64,000 nt of DNA from Azolla caroliniana (lineage: Eukaryota > Plantae > Polypodiophyta), in contig JBHGNT010000152.1 of the NCBI GenBank assembly GCA_043228905.1, forward strand, positions 558-64,557, in the 5' to 3' direction. The notes under the pieces are model-generated. The model searched no databases and had not been told where the DNA came from. It was given only the letters and a program-made list of their open reading frames with translations. Position numbers and translations under genes: made by a program. Below, in pieces: positions 12,676-26,749 of this stretch (within the stretch, counting starts at the first letter, position 1; each line of letters begins with the position of its first letter).

Positions 12676-13364
12676 ATAAAAAGGTCAAATCAGGGAATGG
12701 TTGCTTTTCTCGCTCATCGCCTTCAGACCGGTTTAATTTTTCGGGAAGACTTTCAGAATGACCGGCGGAAACTTTTGGAACGGAAAGCCATCCGCTTCGA
12801 TCCCATTGCAAATATTTCTGCGCCCATCTAGCAGGGCTTTTGTCACCCAGACCCAAGGGAGGCCGTGAAGGAAGCACATACAGCTGCTCGGAGAGATTAA
12901 GCTACATCTGGGGAGTGGATAATAAACAAAAAAGATTAATCAAGAAATTAGTCCACTTTTGTATGATTGATGGTAAAAGAACAAAATCTCGTGTTATTGT
13001 TTCCTAAACTTCTTCTCGTCTTTCCTGAACTGAACCCGATGTTCATGTTATCACACTCCTGGCTAACGCCATAGAGAATGTCAAGCCTACTCGCGAAATC
13101 AAGAAAGTGAGAATCGCAGGGACTACTCGTAATGTACTCAAGATTATTGCCAAAGAACGTTAAGAAACCTTAGCTTTTCGTCGGATCATGGAAGCAGCTG
13201 TCAAATGACGTACTATGAGCAGAAATAGCCAGAGCTTGGATTAATGTTCATCTGCTGAGATACCGGATGCTTATCAAAGAAAGGGAAATGTTCGTAAAAG
13301 AAGGGATGATCTTCATAAACCGGCAGAGGCCAATAGAAGTTTCGCGCATTATAGGTGGCGGTGA
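12672..13364 (+). CDS. rps7: Ribosomal protein S7, editing-dependent
   Basis: ACG start overlapping the rps12 stop; FSGRLSE...[23 protein letters not shown]...AIENVKP...[15 protein letters not shown]; 231 codons. Confidence 0.93.
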
Positions 13365-14759
13365 ACCATTGAAAACATGTAATGAGCTGGGGTCAAGAGC
13401 TGTTAGACACTTTAGCAGCACACACCCTACATCGCAGAATCGAGTAATTGGTAATCCATCGTTCGAATGCTTAATGATTCTAATATTGACAATGAGACCT
13501 GCCAAAAAAAAAGAAAGCGAGAATTCGATTCTGGTGTGAATTTGGTGCTACGTGAATTTAATGAAGAAAGTTCGCACTCCCTTCCCTACTGATAATTGGG
13601 GGCATCTGAGCCCGCCCCTCGGACATGGGGGCACAAAAGCAGCACAAAAAGCACTATACCCTCCCTGTCTAACTTGTTAAAAAACAACGGAGTAAGTCTT
13701 TGCCGGCATTGTTAAGTCATTGGAAAAAGACACCTAACAACAATGAAGATTCGTTTCCAGAGAGTTTATTCACCGTTGCTCCTGGAGAATACTCTGCAAA
13801 CAACAAACCGTGCGTGCCCTTTCAAGGTTAATCTCAACGATGAAGCGGCTAGCTCGACTCCATCGATCCTGTGTACAATGTCTCAGATTACAGGCCTTCG
13901 CTGTGGCGGAACTTGATGACCTGGACTGCGAAGAGCCCTATAGTGACGGCGATAGCGAAGCAGAGGTTGAAGAATTTCTTTTGCCTGCTTCTAACTTTAT
14001 TATCAAGAATAATGTTCTGGCGGTCAGCGTTAGATAAATCTCATAAGAAATATATTCAAATAGGAATTTGTACGTTCAAACCGTGCGTGTGCCAATTGCT
14101 CGAAGAAGCAAAGGTTAAGCTTGAAGCCGAAGAAAAGAGAGGTAAGGAAAGATTAATGATAAGCGATGGATTGGGCCAAACAAATTCGGCGGATTTCTTG
14201 AGAAGGAAGGAATACTTGCAAAAAATGATCGAACAATTTGTTGACGAGAGATCAATCTATAATAACTCGCTGGACCTTTTTGATTGATAAGCTGACCAAC
14301 AAAAGGCAAACCAACATGCAGGATAGGTTTATTGCGCACTTCAAGAAAGATAAAGAACTAATAGACATTTTAACGTCCTTCGATGTATATACGATTGAAA
14401 TACTTACGATATTTTAGAATCTTTATTGTTAGATTGTTTATTAATAGGGATTGCCTCTTTTCCAGAGTCTAAATTATTATTATTAAAATCTTTACCGTCA
14501 GATTGTTTATCAACAGAGATTGACCCAGACTCAGATTTTCTTGAGTCTGAATTAATCGAAAAACAAAATAGCCACGGCCTTTACCATTAAACTTACATTA
14601 TAACACTTTTTTTTCAATTTCAATATCTCATTTTCTAATGCTATTGTATGACAGCAGAAAAATTGCGGTATAAATGAAAATATTATTAATACAAAGAAAA
14701 CCTTGTTTTCTTCTTTGATCAAACAAACTCATATCTTTAAATAATAAACGAATTCTAGT

Positions 14760-14960
14760 TTGAATAGAATCTAAAGCTACTTTTGCTTTCATTCACCAAA
14801 AGCAGCTGCTTTGGTTGCGTTGGTTGTTAACCATTTTAAGAGAGTGTATAAGGACCTACCACTCTATACGGCGGTGTACGATTGCTTCATATCAAACTAC
14901 AAAGTATCTTCACTATTACCAGATCTATATAAATCAACCCTGTTCGGGTCTTTAGGTTGT
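14760..14960 (+). pseudogene. Fossil of a mitochondrial linear-plasmid (phage-type) RNA polymerase, C-terminal motif
   Basis: SKATFAFIHQK...VALVVNHFKRVYKDLPLYTAVYDCFISN resembles the NFIHQKDA...PLYTVHDxF motif C region of plasmid RNA polymerases. Recognised from memory, not from a search. Confidence 0.65.
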
Positions 14961-15343
14961 CCGATGGCAACCAAAGCGTCTTTCTATTGTTCCCCGAACC
15001 ATTCGAACTCTTTTACCAGATTCTTGGCAGTCCCTTTCCCAAAGAAAGTTGGGAAGTGCAGTCTCTGCAGGCAGGCAGTTAGCCCCTCGGGTCGTTCAGT
15101 CTCGAAGGTATGGTTCGGGCTTCGTTCGTTTCTTGTGACCAGATTCATTGGTTCGAGGCTACGTACGTTGGATCGGGTTCGGGCCCTAAAATATGTGATT
15201 GGGTAATTACGATGGCTCGTATACACGTTCGAGGATCACTCTCCAGGCGACGGAGGACTGCTTAGTGATTGAAGGGAGAGAAGAAACCCATTTGATTTCT
15301 CACTAGAGGCCTAATGATTGCATAACTCTGAGGTTCCAACTGC

Positions 15344-15429
15344 TACGGATAGAGGGATTTGAACCCCCACGACTGAGTAAGGTCACCAGAACCTAAACCT
15401 GGCATGTCTACCAATTCCATCATATCCGC
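15344..15429 (-). tRNA. trnL(UAG): tRNA-Leu(UAG)
   Basis: GCGGATATGATGGAATTGGTAGACATGCCAGGTTTAGGTTCTGG...GGTTCAAATCCCTCTATCCGTA; long variable arm; native mitochondrial type. Confidence 0.93.
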
Positions 15430-15556
15430 ACATCGATTCTTATTTCGAAACCACCCTTTTTCACTGCTAACTGGATAGAGCTAAGAACGCCAATGGCTCG
15501 GATGGCGTAGCAATTAGAGGAAACTGAAACACCACCCCGTATTTTTCGATTCTCCC

Positions 15557-15588
<32 letters not shown>

Positions 15589-15734
15589 ACGCGCGACTTG
15601 CTCAATGGAGCCCGCTTACGACGATCCCTTTTAACCTCTCAGGCTCTTATAGAAGGCTTATAGAATGCCTATATGCTTTCCAAATCAAGTTAGGGTGATG
15701 GGAAAGTGGGAATGCTAACTTATGACCATACTCA

Positions 15735-15821
15735 CGGATGGAGAGGGATTCGAACCCCCGGTATCTCTCCGAATACTTCGGTTTTCAAGACCGACTCTTT
15801 AAACCGCTCAGACATCCATCC
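15735..15821 (-). tRNA. trnS(UGA): tRNA-Ser(UGA)
   Basis: GGATGGATGTCTGAGCGGTTTAAAGAGTCGGTCTTGAAAACCGA...GGTTCGAATCCCTCTCCATCCG. Confidence 0.93.
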
Positions 15822-16039
15822 CTTTCCCGACAAGATCACGAGCCATCAATAATCAACGGGAAAGCGTGCCAAGCTTTCAGGTCTTTGTAAATCGCACGCA
15901 ACGCCTTCAGAAAACAAATAGGTTGTACCGCAGGGCCTCCTCTTTGGCCCCTCCGACCAGAAAGGTTAAGCGTGGTAATTGATCATTCTATTTTAGATTG
16001 ATAGGAACTAAGGCGTCCTAATAACCAAGTTTACAACCA

Positions 16040-16112
16040 TGGGCAATAACGGACTCGAACCGCTGACTCCCTCGGTGTAAACGAGGCGCTCTACCAACTG
16101 AGCTAATTACCC
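16040..16112 (-). tRNA. trnV(UAC): tRNA-Val(UAC)
   Basis: GGGTAATTAGCTCAGTTGGTAGAGCGCCTCGTTTACACCGAGGGAGTCAGCGGTTCGAGTCCGTTATTGCCCA. Confidence 0.93.
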
Positions 16113-17142
16113 GGAGTGCCGGCGATACTTCGGAGTCTCGCCGGCTCTGTTTTCTGTAGGTCACATAGAAATTTATCCATTCTTTCTACGGCCACGTCAA
16201 TCCGCTTCTTTTCTTGTTGGGCCGCGCCGCAATTGTCTAGCTTCTGCTACCAACTCCCCCATCGGGCCGTCTGACTTTACCGTAGCCGATAAGTAGCGTT
16301 AATCGTCTTCATCGCGCTGATGAAGCAGCGGGTTCATCCACCACCTTGGTTCTTCCCCGCAAGCAACTTCCGCCGTATTATCCATAGCTGTTCATCAAGA
16401 AGGCCTAGAGTTAGTTTTCCGATAAGATTCAAGCTACAATTTCAAACAGCACCTTTTCTTCATGAAGCGCAAGAAAACTGCACTGCGGAAGAAGAAGAAG
16501 CGGTAAAAAGTGTAATATAAATGGCTACCAAAGTTCTTCTTTTGAACTTTCAAGAAGGCCTGAATATTCATGGATTATTATACGATAATCTTTAATGCGG
16601 CTCAGATTGCGGAAAGAATTGAATGCTGGAATTTCGAAATTCCGTTGGTAAAATTCAGAAGGATCATGCAAGAAGGCAATATCATCTTCTGGCCATAATC
16701 TGCGAATCCAGCAAAGCAAAGCAAAGCAGCACTTTTCTTTTCACTTTAAACCGAGCCGGCGGCAATCTTGATGAATCACTGGCAAGAAGATGCTTTGCAC
16801 TTTTCTTTCCACTTTAAAGCAGCAATCTTTGAACTCGGAAATGGCACTTTTCCCTGCAAGCCTGAAACGCACGCCTTCCCCAAAAGAAAAGCGGAACCAC
16901 CTAACGAGTATTTTAAACAGCAAGCATGATGAACCGGCATGTTCATCAAACCAAACAGGTTCTTCATGCATGCATGAAGGCCTTCATGATGATGAAAACC
17001 GCTTCATTGGAATGTCACCGTCTCATTGACAACACGAATGATAACGAATTGACAATATGAATAGTCACGTTAGTTTCCCATTCTTAAGCATGGATTATTA
17101 TACAATAATCTTCATTTGCTTTTTTACTGTTGACAACATGTA

Positions 17143-17216
17143 GTGCGGGGGCAGGGTTTGAACCCGCAGTCTTCAGGTCATGAGCCTGACGAGTTGGCCA
17201 TTTACTCCACCCCGCA
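17143..17216 (-). tRNA. trnfM(CAU): Initiator tRNA-fMet(CAU)
   Basis: GCGGGGTGGAGTAAATGGCCAACTCGTCAGGCTCATGACCTGAAGACTGCGGGTTCAAACCCTGCCCCCGCA; native mitochondrial trnfM type. Confidence 0.9.
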
Positions 17217-17588
17217 AGCAAGCAAGCAATTGATCTCTCTCTAGCGAATCGGAATTTATTTTAGAAAAAAAGAAGCCAGAAAATAGATTGCCATAGCCAT
17301 GGGTTCAAACCTTTCCCCGAAGCTGCCGGCCGAAATCAACCGTTGCCAGTCGTTGTGTCCAACGAAGCTACGCGTAATGACTGTCCCTACCAAAAGACAA
17401 ACAAACAAAGCATTTCTATAGGAGGTAACTGGGCCAATTCCCGCAAACCACCTATAGGTTAGGTGGCGGTGATCTATCGGCTTGTTCAATTCCCGCCGTT
17501 ATCCGCTCACCCGCCTAACGCTCCTACAAACAAAAGGGAGGGTCTCCTTAGTAATTACGTGAGGGGGCCTCCTTCCCCATCTCTTGAA

Positions 17589-19050
<1,462 letters not shown>

Positions 19051-20230
19051 CCGAAAAAGCAATAGAAAAAAGTTATGAATACAAGAAAGAAGAAACTAAT
19101 GATAGTGGCATAATCAACAAAAAGAGAAAACCACCCTTTACTTCGGAACGACTGCCAAGGTATGCATTATGATTAAATCTCTCGAGAAACCACCAACAGG
19201 GCATCCGCATAACACATGCTAGATTGGGTTGCCTAGAAAATGAATCTCGTATACAGTGCTGTGATTACTTTATATTGATAAAAAGTCTAGAGAACAATCT
19301 GAAATGGGAATACATAAATAATTGCCGGTCATAGAAACGGAAACACATAAATTGTGCGAAAAGTCGCTTCGGTTGAAATTCCACCACCCACTCGGAGTTT
19401 AATTGAAAATTCCATTTCATTATTAAACTGGTTTAGAGTTGATTGTCAAACTCTAGTCAGGAAGTCAGGTCAGAAGAAAAATACAGCGGAATTACACCGC
19501 TTATAGTTTGCACAAGCAAATCCGGACATAGTGAGATCAAATCGAAAGCATAACGGCCGGCCCGGCCCGGCCCGGCCCGGCGGAGAAGCACCATGCGCTG
19601 CTTCCGCGGACAAAAAGGCGGAAGAAGCCGGCCGAAGAAAAGAAAAGAAGCGGTTTTCATCATCATGAAGGCCTTCATGCATGCATGAAGAACCTGTTTG
19701 ATGAACCGGTTGGTTCATCGGCACATAGCGCTTCCCCCGCTCGGCTTCCGGGGGGAGAGAGGATGATAGCTACCCTTTCCACCATGCTGTATTGTTATGC
19801 ATGCAACAGGACAGGATCGCATTATCTGTTTGGCTGTGCAGAATTCTGCTGCTGTTGAAATGAGCTCTTATTTGGTTTATGCTAACAAGCTGCTGCTTTG
19901 AGCAGGCAACACTTTGGATCGTATGGAATAGTGGCCACATATACAAACATAATGCAATGTGCCTAGCTTTCGGGATCACAGCACCTATATATACAGTTGA
20001 TTAAAAGGAAGGGGAAAAACCAACCACGGGCCGAAGGCCCACTTAACCACGCCAGCCCACTGTTCACTCATGGGTAACATCAGCTATATGGTATATTCTA
20101 TGCGCGAAGCGATCAATCATCGTATATATGATTGATAACGTTGACACTGGGTACACCCCATGCCTGCCATGGTACCACCTTTCTTTGATGTCACGGATGC
20201 TTTGAGTGAAGGGAAGAAACCAAAGAATCC

Positions 20231-20964
20231 ATGAGAGGTTACTGGAGAGAAAAAGCACTGAGAAAGTTGACCAGTAGTAACAAGAGGTCCGCCGGGAGGA
20301 ATCCATCAGGGCGTATCACGGTTTTTTACTGAGGAGGTGGATCGAAGTGATTGTAGTGAAGAATTGATTGGAAATGAAGCGCTTCGTCTTTGGGCATTGT
20401 GGAAAGGATCGAATATGACCCAAATTGTTCCTTCCGGATTGCTTCAGTATGATGGATTGAAGGAGTGCCACGTTCTGAAAAGTGCAAAGCGCTTTCTAAA
20501 GTGAGGGCGCCGCGAAGATGGAGAACGCATAGCGTTCTCTGGGCGCGGAGAATCAAACGTAAAGCGCTGGAGAGTTTTCGGTAAAACGAAGAAGAAAAGA
20601 GAATTCTCGAACCTAAGCATAGCTTTGAGGGACGGCTGGAGGCAGATGAAAGGCCGAGAGATAAGGCGTGCAAAGTAGATCGTACACCTTTCGTGCGACC
20701 CGTTGGTCCTAAGCAATGTCTTTCGCGAAGCGACCCATGTTGCTCTCACAGGCAACGAGAACTTTGATCAGATGCGGGTATCCAGTCCCGCCAGTGGCTG
20801 AGATGCACGGCTGACTTCCAGGCCTTGATAAAAGAATGGCCACCTTCGAAGTTGCAAGAGCGAAAGGCCCGAGCCGTAGCAGGATGAACCAATGTGAATG
20901 AGTGTAAGCTTCGTGGCCCGAAAATCGACGGTGCTGACCACACCGAGGGCCTGTTATCGTGGTG

Positions 20965-21001
<37 letters not shown>

Positions 21002-22118
21002 AGAGGCCAAGGCGGCGACGATCGAGAGGTTGTCACTGAGCAGCGTTCCCAGTCATACGAGAAAAGGGGTCAATTGGCAAGGCCATACGCTCGTGGAGCT
21101 TCCCGCGGAGTATAGCTCACATCCAAACATCTGATTGAGGAACGGGGCAACGCCCATGAAGCTCCGGAAACGGAAGGCCCGCCAGGCTGTATGCCCGTGA
21201 GTGCAGCAGGATTCTTCAAAAAGAATAGGCTGACTCGAAGACTTAAGACCTTAGCCACGAATGGCTGGAGATGTGGGCAGAACGGGCGGGAATTCTAGCG
21301 TATTATTCCCGGAAGAACCCAAGGCCTCGACTGAATGCTTAGGCTCTCTGATCAGGGATTGCAGAGCCAGTGAGGATTTAAGTTCTTAGGAAGAGCCGTG
21401 TGAGGCCTATAGCTCATGCACGGTTCGGGAGCCAAGCCCCAGCAGTAATGGTGCGGCTTAGGCTAACACCCATATATTAGCTAGTTATTAATTGGAAGCA
21501 GGCAGGATGGCGATGAATTATGATTGGTCTAAACCTTCAGCCTCGTTCAACACAGTGAATGAAGGCTGAAAGTGGTTAGAAGAGAAGGTCCCGTGGGGAA
21601 GCCGTTAGAGTGGTTCCTGGCTACGCCCTGGAGGAGACTACGCCGACCCTTATAGCGATAAAAAATATGTACTTGATCCGTATTTTTAAATGGTGGGAAA
21701 TCGCATACCATCAGCCCATATAGCTAGGGGCGCATGGGTACATAATACCGAATGGAAGCCAGGTTAAGGCGCAGGGTCAGCTTGAGCTGCAGGGGTCAAG
21801 GCTAAAACAATTGAGAAAGAGAATACATAATGTATTGCGCGGTCACTCTTAGGTGTTCACAAACCTATAGATTTCTGATGCTGAGCTACTATCGGTATAG
21901 TGTCTAATCTCGACCATGGCATACGTAAGCTTGGCAAAGCAGGGCAAAGCCGGTGGTTAGGCAGACGCCCCATTGTTTGAGGTGTTGTTATGAATCTGGT
22001 TGATTATTCTTACGGAGGAGGCGAAGGACGCACGAAAGGAGGTAGACTTTTGGTGTTACTTTGGGGAAAGCCCACCAAATGTGGATTTTGAGCAATAGTG
22101 AGGAAACGCAGAAATTAG
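20231..22118 (+). CDS. rpl2: Ribosomal protein L2, 2 exons, editing-dependent
   Basis: Exons 20231-20692 and 21468-22118. ATG start; [18 protein letters not shown]...[10 protein letters not shown]; [11 protein letters not shown]; ends VRKRRN-TAG. Confidence 0.94.
20693..21467 (+). other. Group II intron rpl2i846g2
   Basis: 5' GTGCG; domain V GAGCCGTGTGAGGCCTATAGCTCATGCACGGTTC; 3' CTAAC; phase 0 at the conserved PF/TYILAS site. Confidence 0.9.
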
Positions 22119-22121
22119 TTT

Positions 22122-22382
22122 ATGGCATGATCTGTATGGAAAGGCCCTTTTGTTGATGCTTGCTTGTCGAGAAGGACGAAAAAGATCAGAGGGAGAATTT
22201 GGTCATGTAGACTTTTCATTTCGCCTAAATTTGATGGTTGCTATGCATAAATTCATAATGGGCGATCTTTTATTCGTTTGAAGGTTACAAAAGAAAAGGT
22301 TGGTCATAAATTTGGAGAGTTTGCTTCTATATGAAAGGCCTCGAGAACAACTAAGATCAAGCCGAGATAGAAGGTACGGTAA
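22122..22382 (+). CDS. rps19: Ribosomal protein S19, editing-dependent
   Basis: MA*SVWKGPFVDA...IWSCR...KVGHKFGEFA. Stop is either TAG 22368-22370 or TAA 22380-22382. Confidence 0.92.
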
Positions 22383-22388
22383 TAGGAT

Positions 22389-23594
22389 ACGGCATGAAAG
22401 GTAAATCTGATTTCAGTCAGACTTAATCCGAACTACCATTCAGATTCAAGTCGGTTTAGTGAGGGCGACCGCGAAGTCACTGAATGAATTGCCTGCCGCA
22501 TGTCGGTCAGGGCATTGCAGATGTCCGCAACAAGACGGACACAACTTATTCTAACGCTAGGGGACCACAGCCTCAGGGAACGAAGGGAGGAGACCAGAGC
22601 ATGTCGTGACAGGAGCTGAGCCTAACCAATCCTTGGGCGTACTTTGACCGTGTCTCTAAAGCACAGTTGAATGTAGATACCATGAACGCGAGGTGCGGCG
22701 GAAGGGATACCAAGCCTAGCTTTTCAGGGGGAAAGGCAACACCACGCCTTCTCTGTACATGCGCTGATCGCTGGCGCATGTACCCGGACAAAGAGGGCCC
22801 GAGCCCTTCGGGAAGCCCTGCGGCTTGGGCCTAAAGCGCACTGTGCTTCAACAAGTGAGAGTATTCGGTGGAACCGGTGAACCACGCATCTAACCTGCGG
22901 GCGGACGCGTGGGGCAGAAGGCTCATAGTACCCGCCAAAAAACGCGCCTAAGAAAAGAAAAGAAAAGAAAAGAAGCGGATGATAAGGAAGCGCAGCTATG
23001 CAGTGGAAGGGGAGGAGCCTAAATCAACGCGCCCACAAGCAAGAAAGAACGGGTTCAGCATTGCACACTCAAGCAGTACAGAGATATCGGGTCAACTCTT
23101 AGATGAGACTGAACAGCTACGAACCGTTTTAACACCGATCGACCTTGTGCCGCCGCGCCGGCCGGGAAGCCCGCCCGCCCTTCGGCCAGAGATTAAGTCA
23201 TCATTGAAACAAGGGAAAACGACCGACGACGTGGAAGACTTCAAGTGGATAGCCCAAGCTGCCTGATCGAAGCTGTCGCGGTCATTAGCAGGCACCTGGA
23301 ATCACTTCAAACTCTAGGAGATTCAGTGAGCCAAGGCCGAAGGCTTTGACTGAAGACGCGTTTTTTTCTTTTCAAGCTTCCGACCCACGTTTGACTGGGA
23401 GAGCGCACGTGGGCATTTTAGATAAAAAGCTGCTTGCTGTTTTCGAAAGGCATTCCGGCCGGCGCGGCGGTTCATGCGGCCGGCAGAGTGTCGGAACCTA
23501 ACGGCCGAAGAAGCGGTTTTCATCATGCGGAAGAAGCGGTTCGAGCAGCATCGCTGCTTGATCGGCGGAGAGAAGCAAGTGCACAGCGTGGGGA

Positions 23595-23628
<34 letters not shown>

Positions 23629-26067
23629 AGAGGATCAAGCGCTTCTTGCTTGAAAGACTTGGGATCCACCACGCAACGCACGATATAGGCAACTTGGGTT
23701 GAAGAGCTGTGTGATGGGCAACCATCTTGCACGGTTCGAAGAGCACTTGATTTAGTCCGCGCTGGCTGGTGAATGGAAGCCAGCCCTTCACACGGCTGGC
23801 TTCTTTCGGCTGCTTTTCCCACAGCCAGACAGAGTAACTCTTGACTCCATTTACTGTTATGGAAAATTGTTGTATTAGGATGTAGATTTTAGATATTTTT
23901 TCCGTTCAATTTTTCCCAGGATTTTGTCCGAGGAAAAGAAAAAGAAAACTAAAGGAGGGAAAGATAAAATTGGGGGAAGAAAGAGGAAAACTAGAGGAAG
24001 AAATCGCAAAGTTGACCTTCGCCTTGGTAGGTGTATCATTCATCATTTCCCTAAAAGGACATTCATTCATGTATTCTTCTTTCTAGTTCAATGATGCTTA
24101 CTATTATTTTTTGGTTGATGATATTGTTGATGACGCTAATCGAGAGGGCGGCCGGTCTAGTTCCTGCATGAAAAATTGCGTGCGCTCAATTATGTACTGT
24201 ACAAAGGCGTTGCACTTACTCTTGCTCGGTAACGAACGCGAGGACCAAAGCATGTGCGGCAAGGAGGTTAAAGTTCGAAGAACTTGTTTGTTGGCGGAAC
24301 GAACGAAGGCCCGCCCGTATTTTGAACCAAAAAGTCTACGGGTAACTCAACAGCATAGAGCGAGCCTGCTTTCGGTATTAAGATGAGGGCAAAGCTTGGC
24401 GAATCGAAGTTCGGGGCTGGCTACCCGGCGACAGCTAACCATTGGCACTTAATTTCGGCGAATGGGGAGCGCGAACGCACGCTGCCTCGCTCTATGCCTA
24501 CTGAGGGTTTTGATTAATTGGGCCGAATGATCTTCCCTCGACCCACCCATTGCACAGAAGGGAAAGGAAAGGATAGAGCAGGTTACCCATGTTACTGGGG
24601 ACAAAACACTAAATGACATCCCAACACAGGGCGTTCGATCAACAATTGGACAAGCCATGTAGGAAACAACGGCGAGATCTTATGGGAGGAAAGCCCCGGA
24701 AAGAAGTCAGAGGGCCCATACCACCTGCCTACCCTCCTAAGGCGGAACCGGCACTTGGTGAATGCCAAGTAGAAAACGGGAAGGAGCCTATGCACTTGTC
24801 ACGCTCTGAGAGCCGAAGGGGAAAGGGGTAATTTCCGGGGTTCCCACTCGGCCTTTCACCCGTCAAGTTAGAGAGCCGTGTGATGGGTGACTATCCAGCC
24901 CGGTTCGGAGAGCACTTGTGTAGCCTGCACTAGTTACGAGAGGGGGATGGGACATAGGAAATGCCCATCTGCCTTTCCTGTGCTTTGCCCTCGTCAAGCC
25001 GATGAAGCGGTTCATTCATGCGGAGCCCGCATGAACCCTCTTACTAGGCGCAAGTGGACTCTCGACTCTATCTCACGGACCGCAGGGCGATATGAAAAAG
25101 GAGAGAAGAGGGAGGATTACTAGGGGAAAACCGCGGCGAGAAGGCCTCCGAAAACTCTCGCCGCCCCTTGGCAACCGCACCTATTATGCCTCTGGTCGTG
25201 CAACACTTTCTTCGTATGAAGAACTAAATTCATTCTGACCCCACTACGGTTAACATAACTGATGACAATCTTTTGCTTCTCTCTCCCTCTCTGTTATCCT
25301 TTTCCTATAGTAGGGATGCCGCCCGACGCTCTGAGAAAATGAGGAATGCTCGGGGTAGGTTTGCAGAGAGGAAACTGTGTCTGTATATAGGGAATGCCTT
25401 ACGTGAGAAAGCAAGAAATCTGTGCTGTCGGTACCACTATAATAAGGATGCCTGACGTGAATGTACGAAACCCAGAGAGAAGGATCCGTGCAATAGTCAC
25501 TCTTCTTCAGGAGGAGATGCCCGCTGACGCTCGCACATAGTGAACGCCTGATTCAGAGGAACTAAGAAAGTATGCAGTCATCGTTGCCGGAAGAAGATTA
25601 AACCTTGGTGGCCTGAAATGTAACTTTTTTCATCTAGTGAAACAAGCACTAATATCCCGATTAAGCCAGTAAGAGCTGATTTTTTCCATTAAAGTGCTTT
25701 TCCAATAGCTTAGGAGATACCTTGGGGACCAGAAAAAAAGAAATCATTTGTATAAATTTGTACATCCATATTCTAATAGATTGAAAACTGCGAATGTGTG
25801 AAGGGAATCTGTATTTGTCGTCCAGGTTGATCGAATGGTGCAGAAATAGCTCAAACTGAATGTATGAAATATGGTTCAATATCCTTACATGTATCTTCTG
25901 ATTATATTGATTACGCAAGAGCAGAAATATTCACTCGTTATGGGATCCCGGGCGTCAAGGTGTGGATTCTGTATTCCAAACATGTTTCAAAGAACAAGAA
26001 GGGACTCAATTCGGATGCTATATCTAAAACGTACAAAGTTTTGGAAATGTTAAAAGGGCAAATGTAA
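22389..26067 (+). CDS. rps3: Ribosomal protein S3, 3 exons, editing-dependent
   Basis: Exons 22389-22462, 23851-24145, 25072-26067. ACG start (M)[11 protein letters not shown]; [19 protein letters not shown]; GAEIAQTEC...[12 protein letters not shown]; overlaps rpl16. Confidence 0.9.
22463..23850 (+). other. Group II intron rps3i74g2
   Basis: 5' GGGCG after nt 74; domain V GAGCTGTGTGATGGGCAACCATCTTGCACGGTTC; 3' CTCCAT. Confidence 0.9.
24146..25071 (+). other. Group II intron rps3i249g2
   Basis: 5' GGGCG; domain V GAGCCGTGTGATGGGTGACTATCCAGCCCGGTTC; 3' CTCTAT; phase 0. Confidence 0.88.
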
Positions 26068-26422
26068 AGGTTGCAGAACGGACGGTACATGACTTAGTTT
26101 CGGAAAATATGGCATTAAAAGCTGTTCAGCGGGTCGTATTCTATATTAAACCATTGAAGCAGCGCGTCGCGCTACAAGCAGACATTTCTAGAGAAATGGT
26201 CGAATATGGGTAAGAATCTTCGCAGATATTCCCATTACCCGTAAGCCCACAGAAGTGAGAATGGGAAAGGGAAAGGGAAACCCTTCAGGTTGGATGGCTC
26301 GTGTGGTGACGGGATAGATCTTATCCGAAACGGATGGTGTGAGTTTGTTAAATGTTTGAGAAGCTGCAACATTAGCAGCGCATAGACCACGTGTGTCAAC
26401 CAAGTTTGTTCAATGGTCGTAA
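26015..26422 (+). CDS. rpl16: Ribosomal protein L16, editing-dependent
   Basis: [14 protein letters not shown]...IEAARRA...[20 protein letters not shown]...TKFVQWS-TAA; 408 nt. Confidence 0.94.
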
Positions 26423-26718
26423 TTACAGTGTAAGGAGAAGAACTGCCCGCAGGAACGCTTCGCTTCGCGAAGGAAGTGGGCGCCCAGGCAGGAAAGCCTA
26501 TTCCTCAAATAGTTCCCCTCATTAAGAATAAAACCATTGCCAATTGATCCAGAATTGATTCGACAGAATGAGATGTATGTTTGGCTTAAGGTATTGGTTT
26601 GCGAGTGAAATAGTTGAGACGAGCGAAGCGAGCCTGCCTTATTAGGTGCTTCAGTTCCGTCTCCTCTTGGTGGGCAGGGAATCCCATTGACTAGAGCCTA
26701 CCATGAGTCTTTCACGCG

Positions 26719-26749
<31 letters not shown>

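Larger units (their letters stand above)
5177..16830 (+). repeat. Large inverted repeat, arm A (11,654 bp)
   Basis: ORF track is mirrored with a constant coordinate sum of 47841. Borders read by eye at 5177/42664 and 16830/31011. Confidence 0.97.

Noticed and set aside
19097-19520. Possible rpl5, rps8 or atp8 upstream of rpl2
   Set aside because: The frames I translated gave no convincing match to these proteins.
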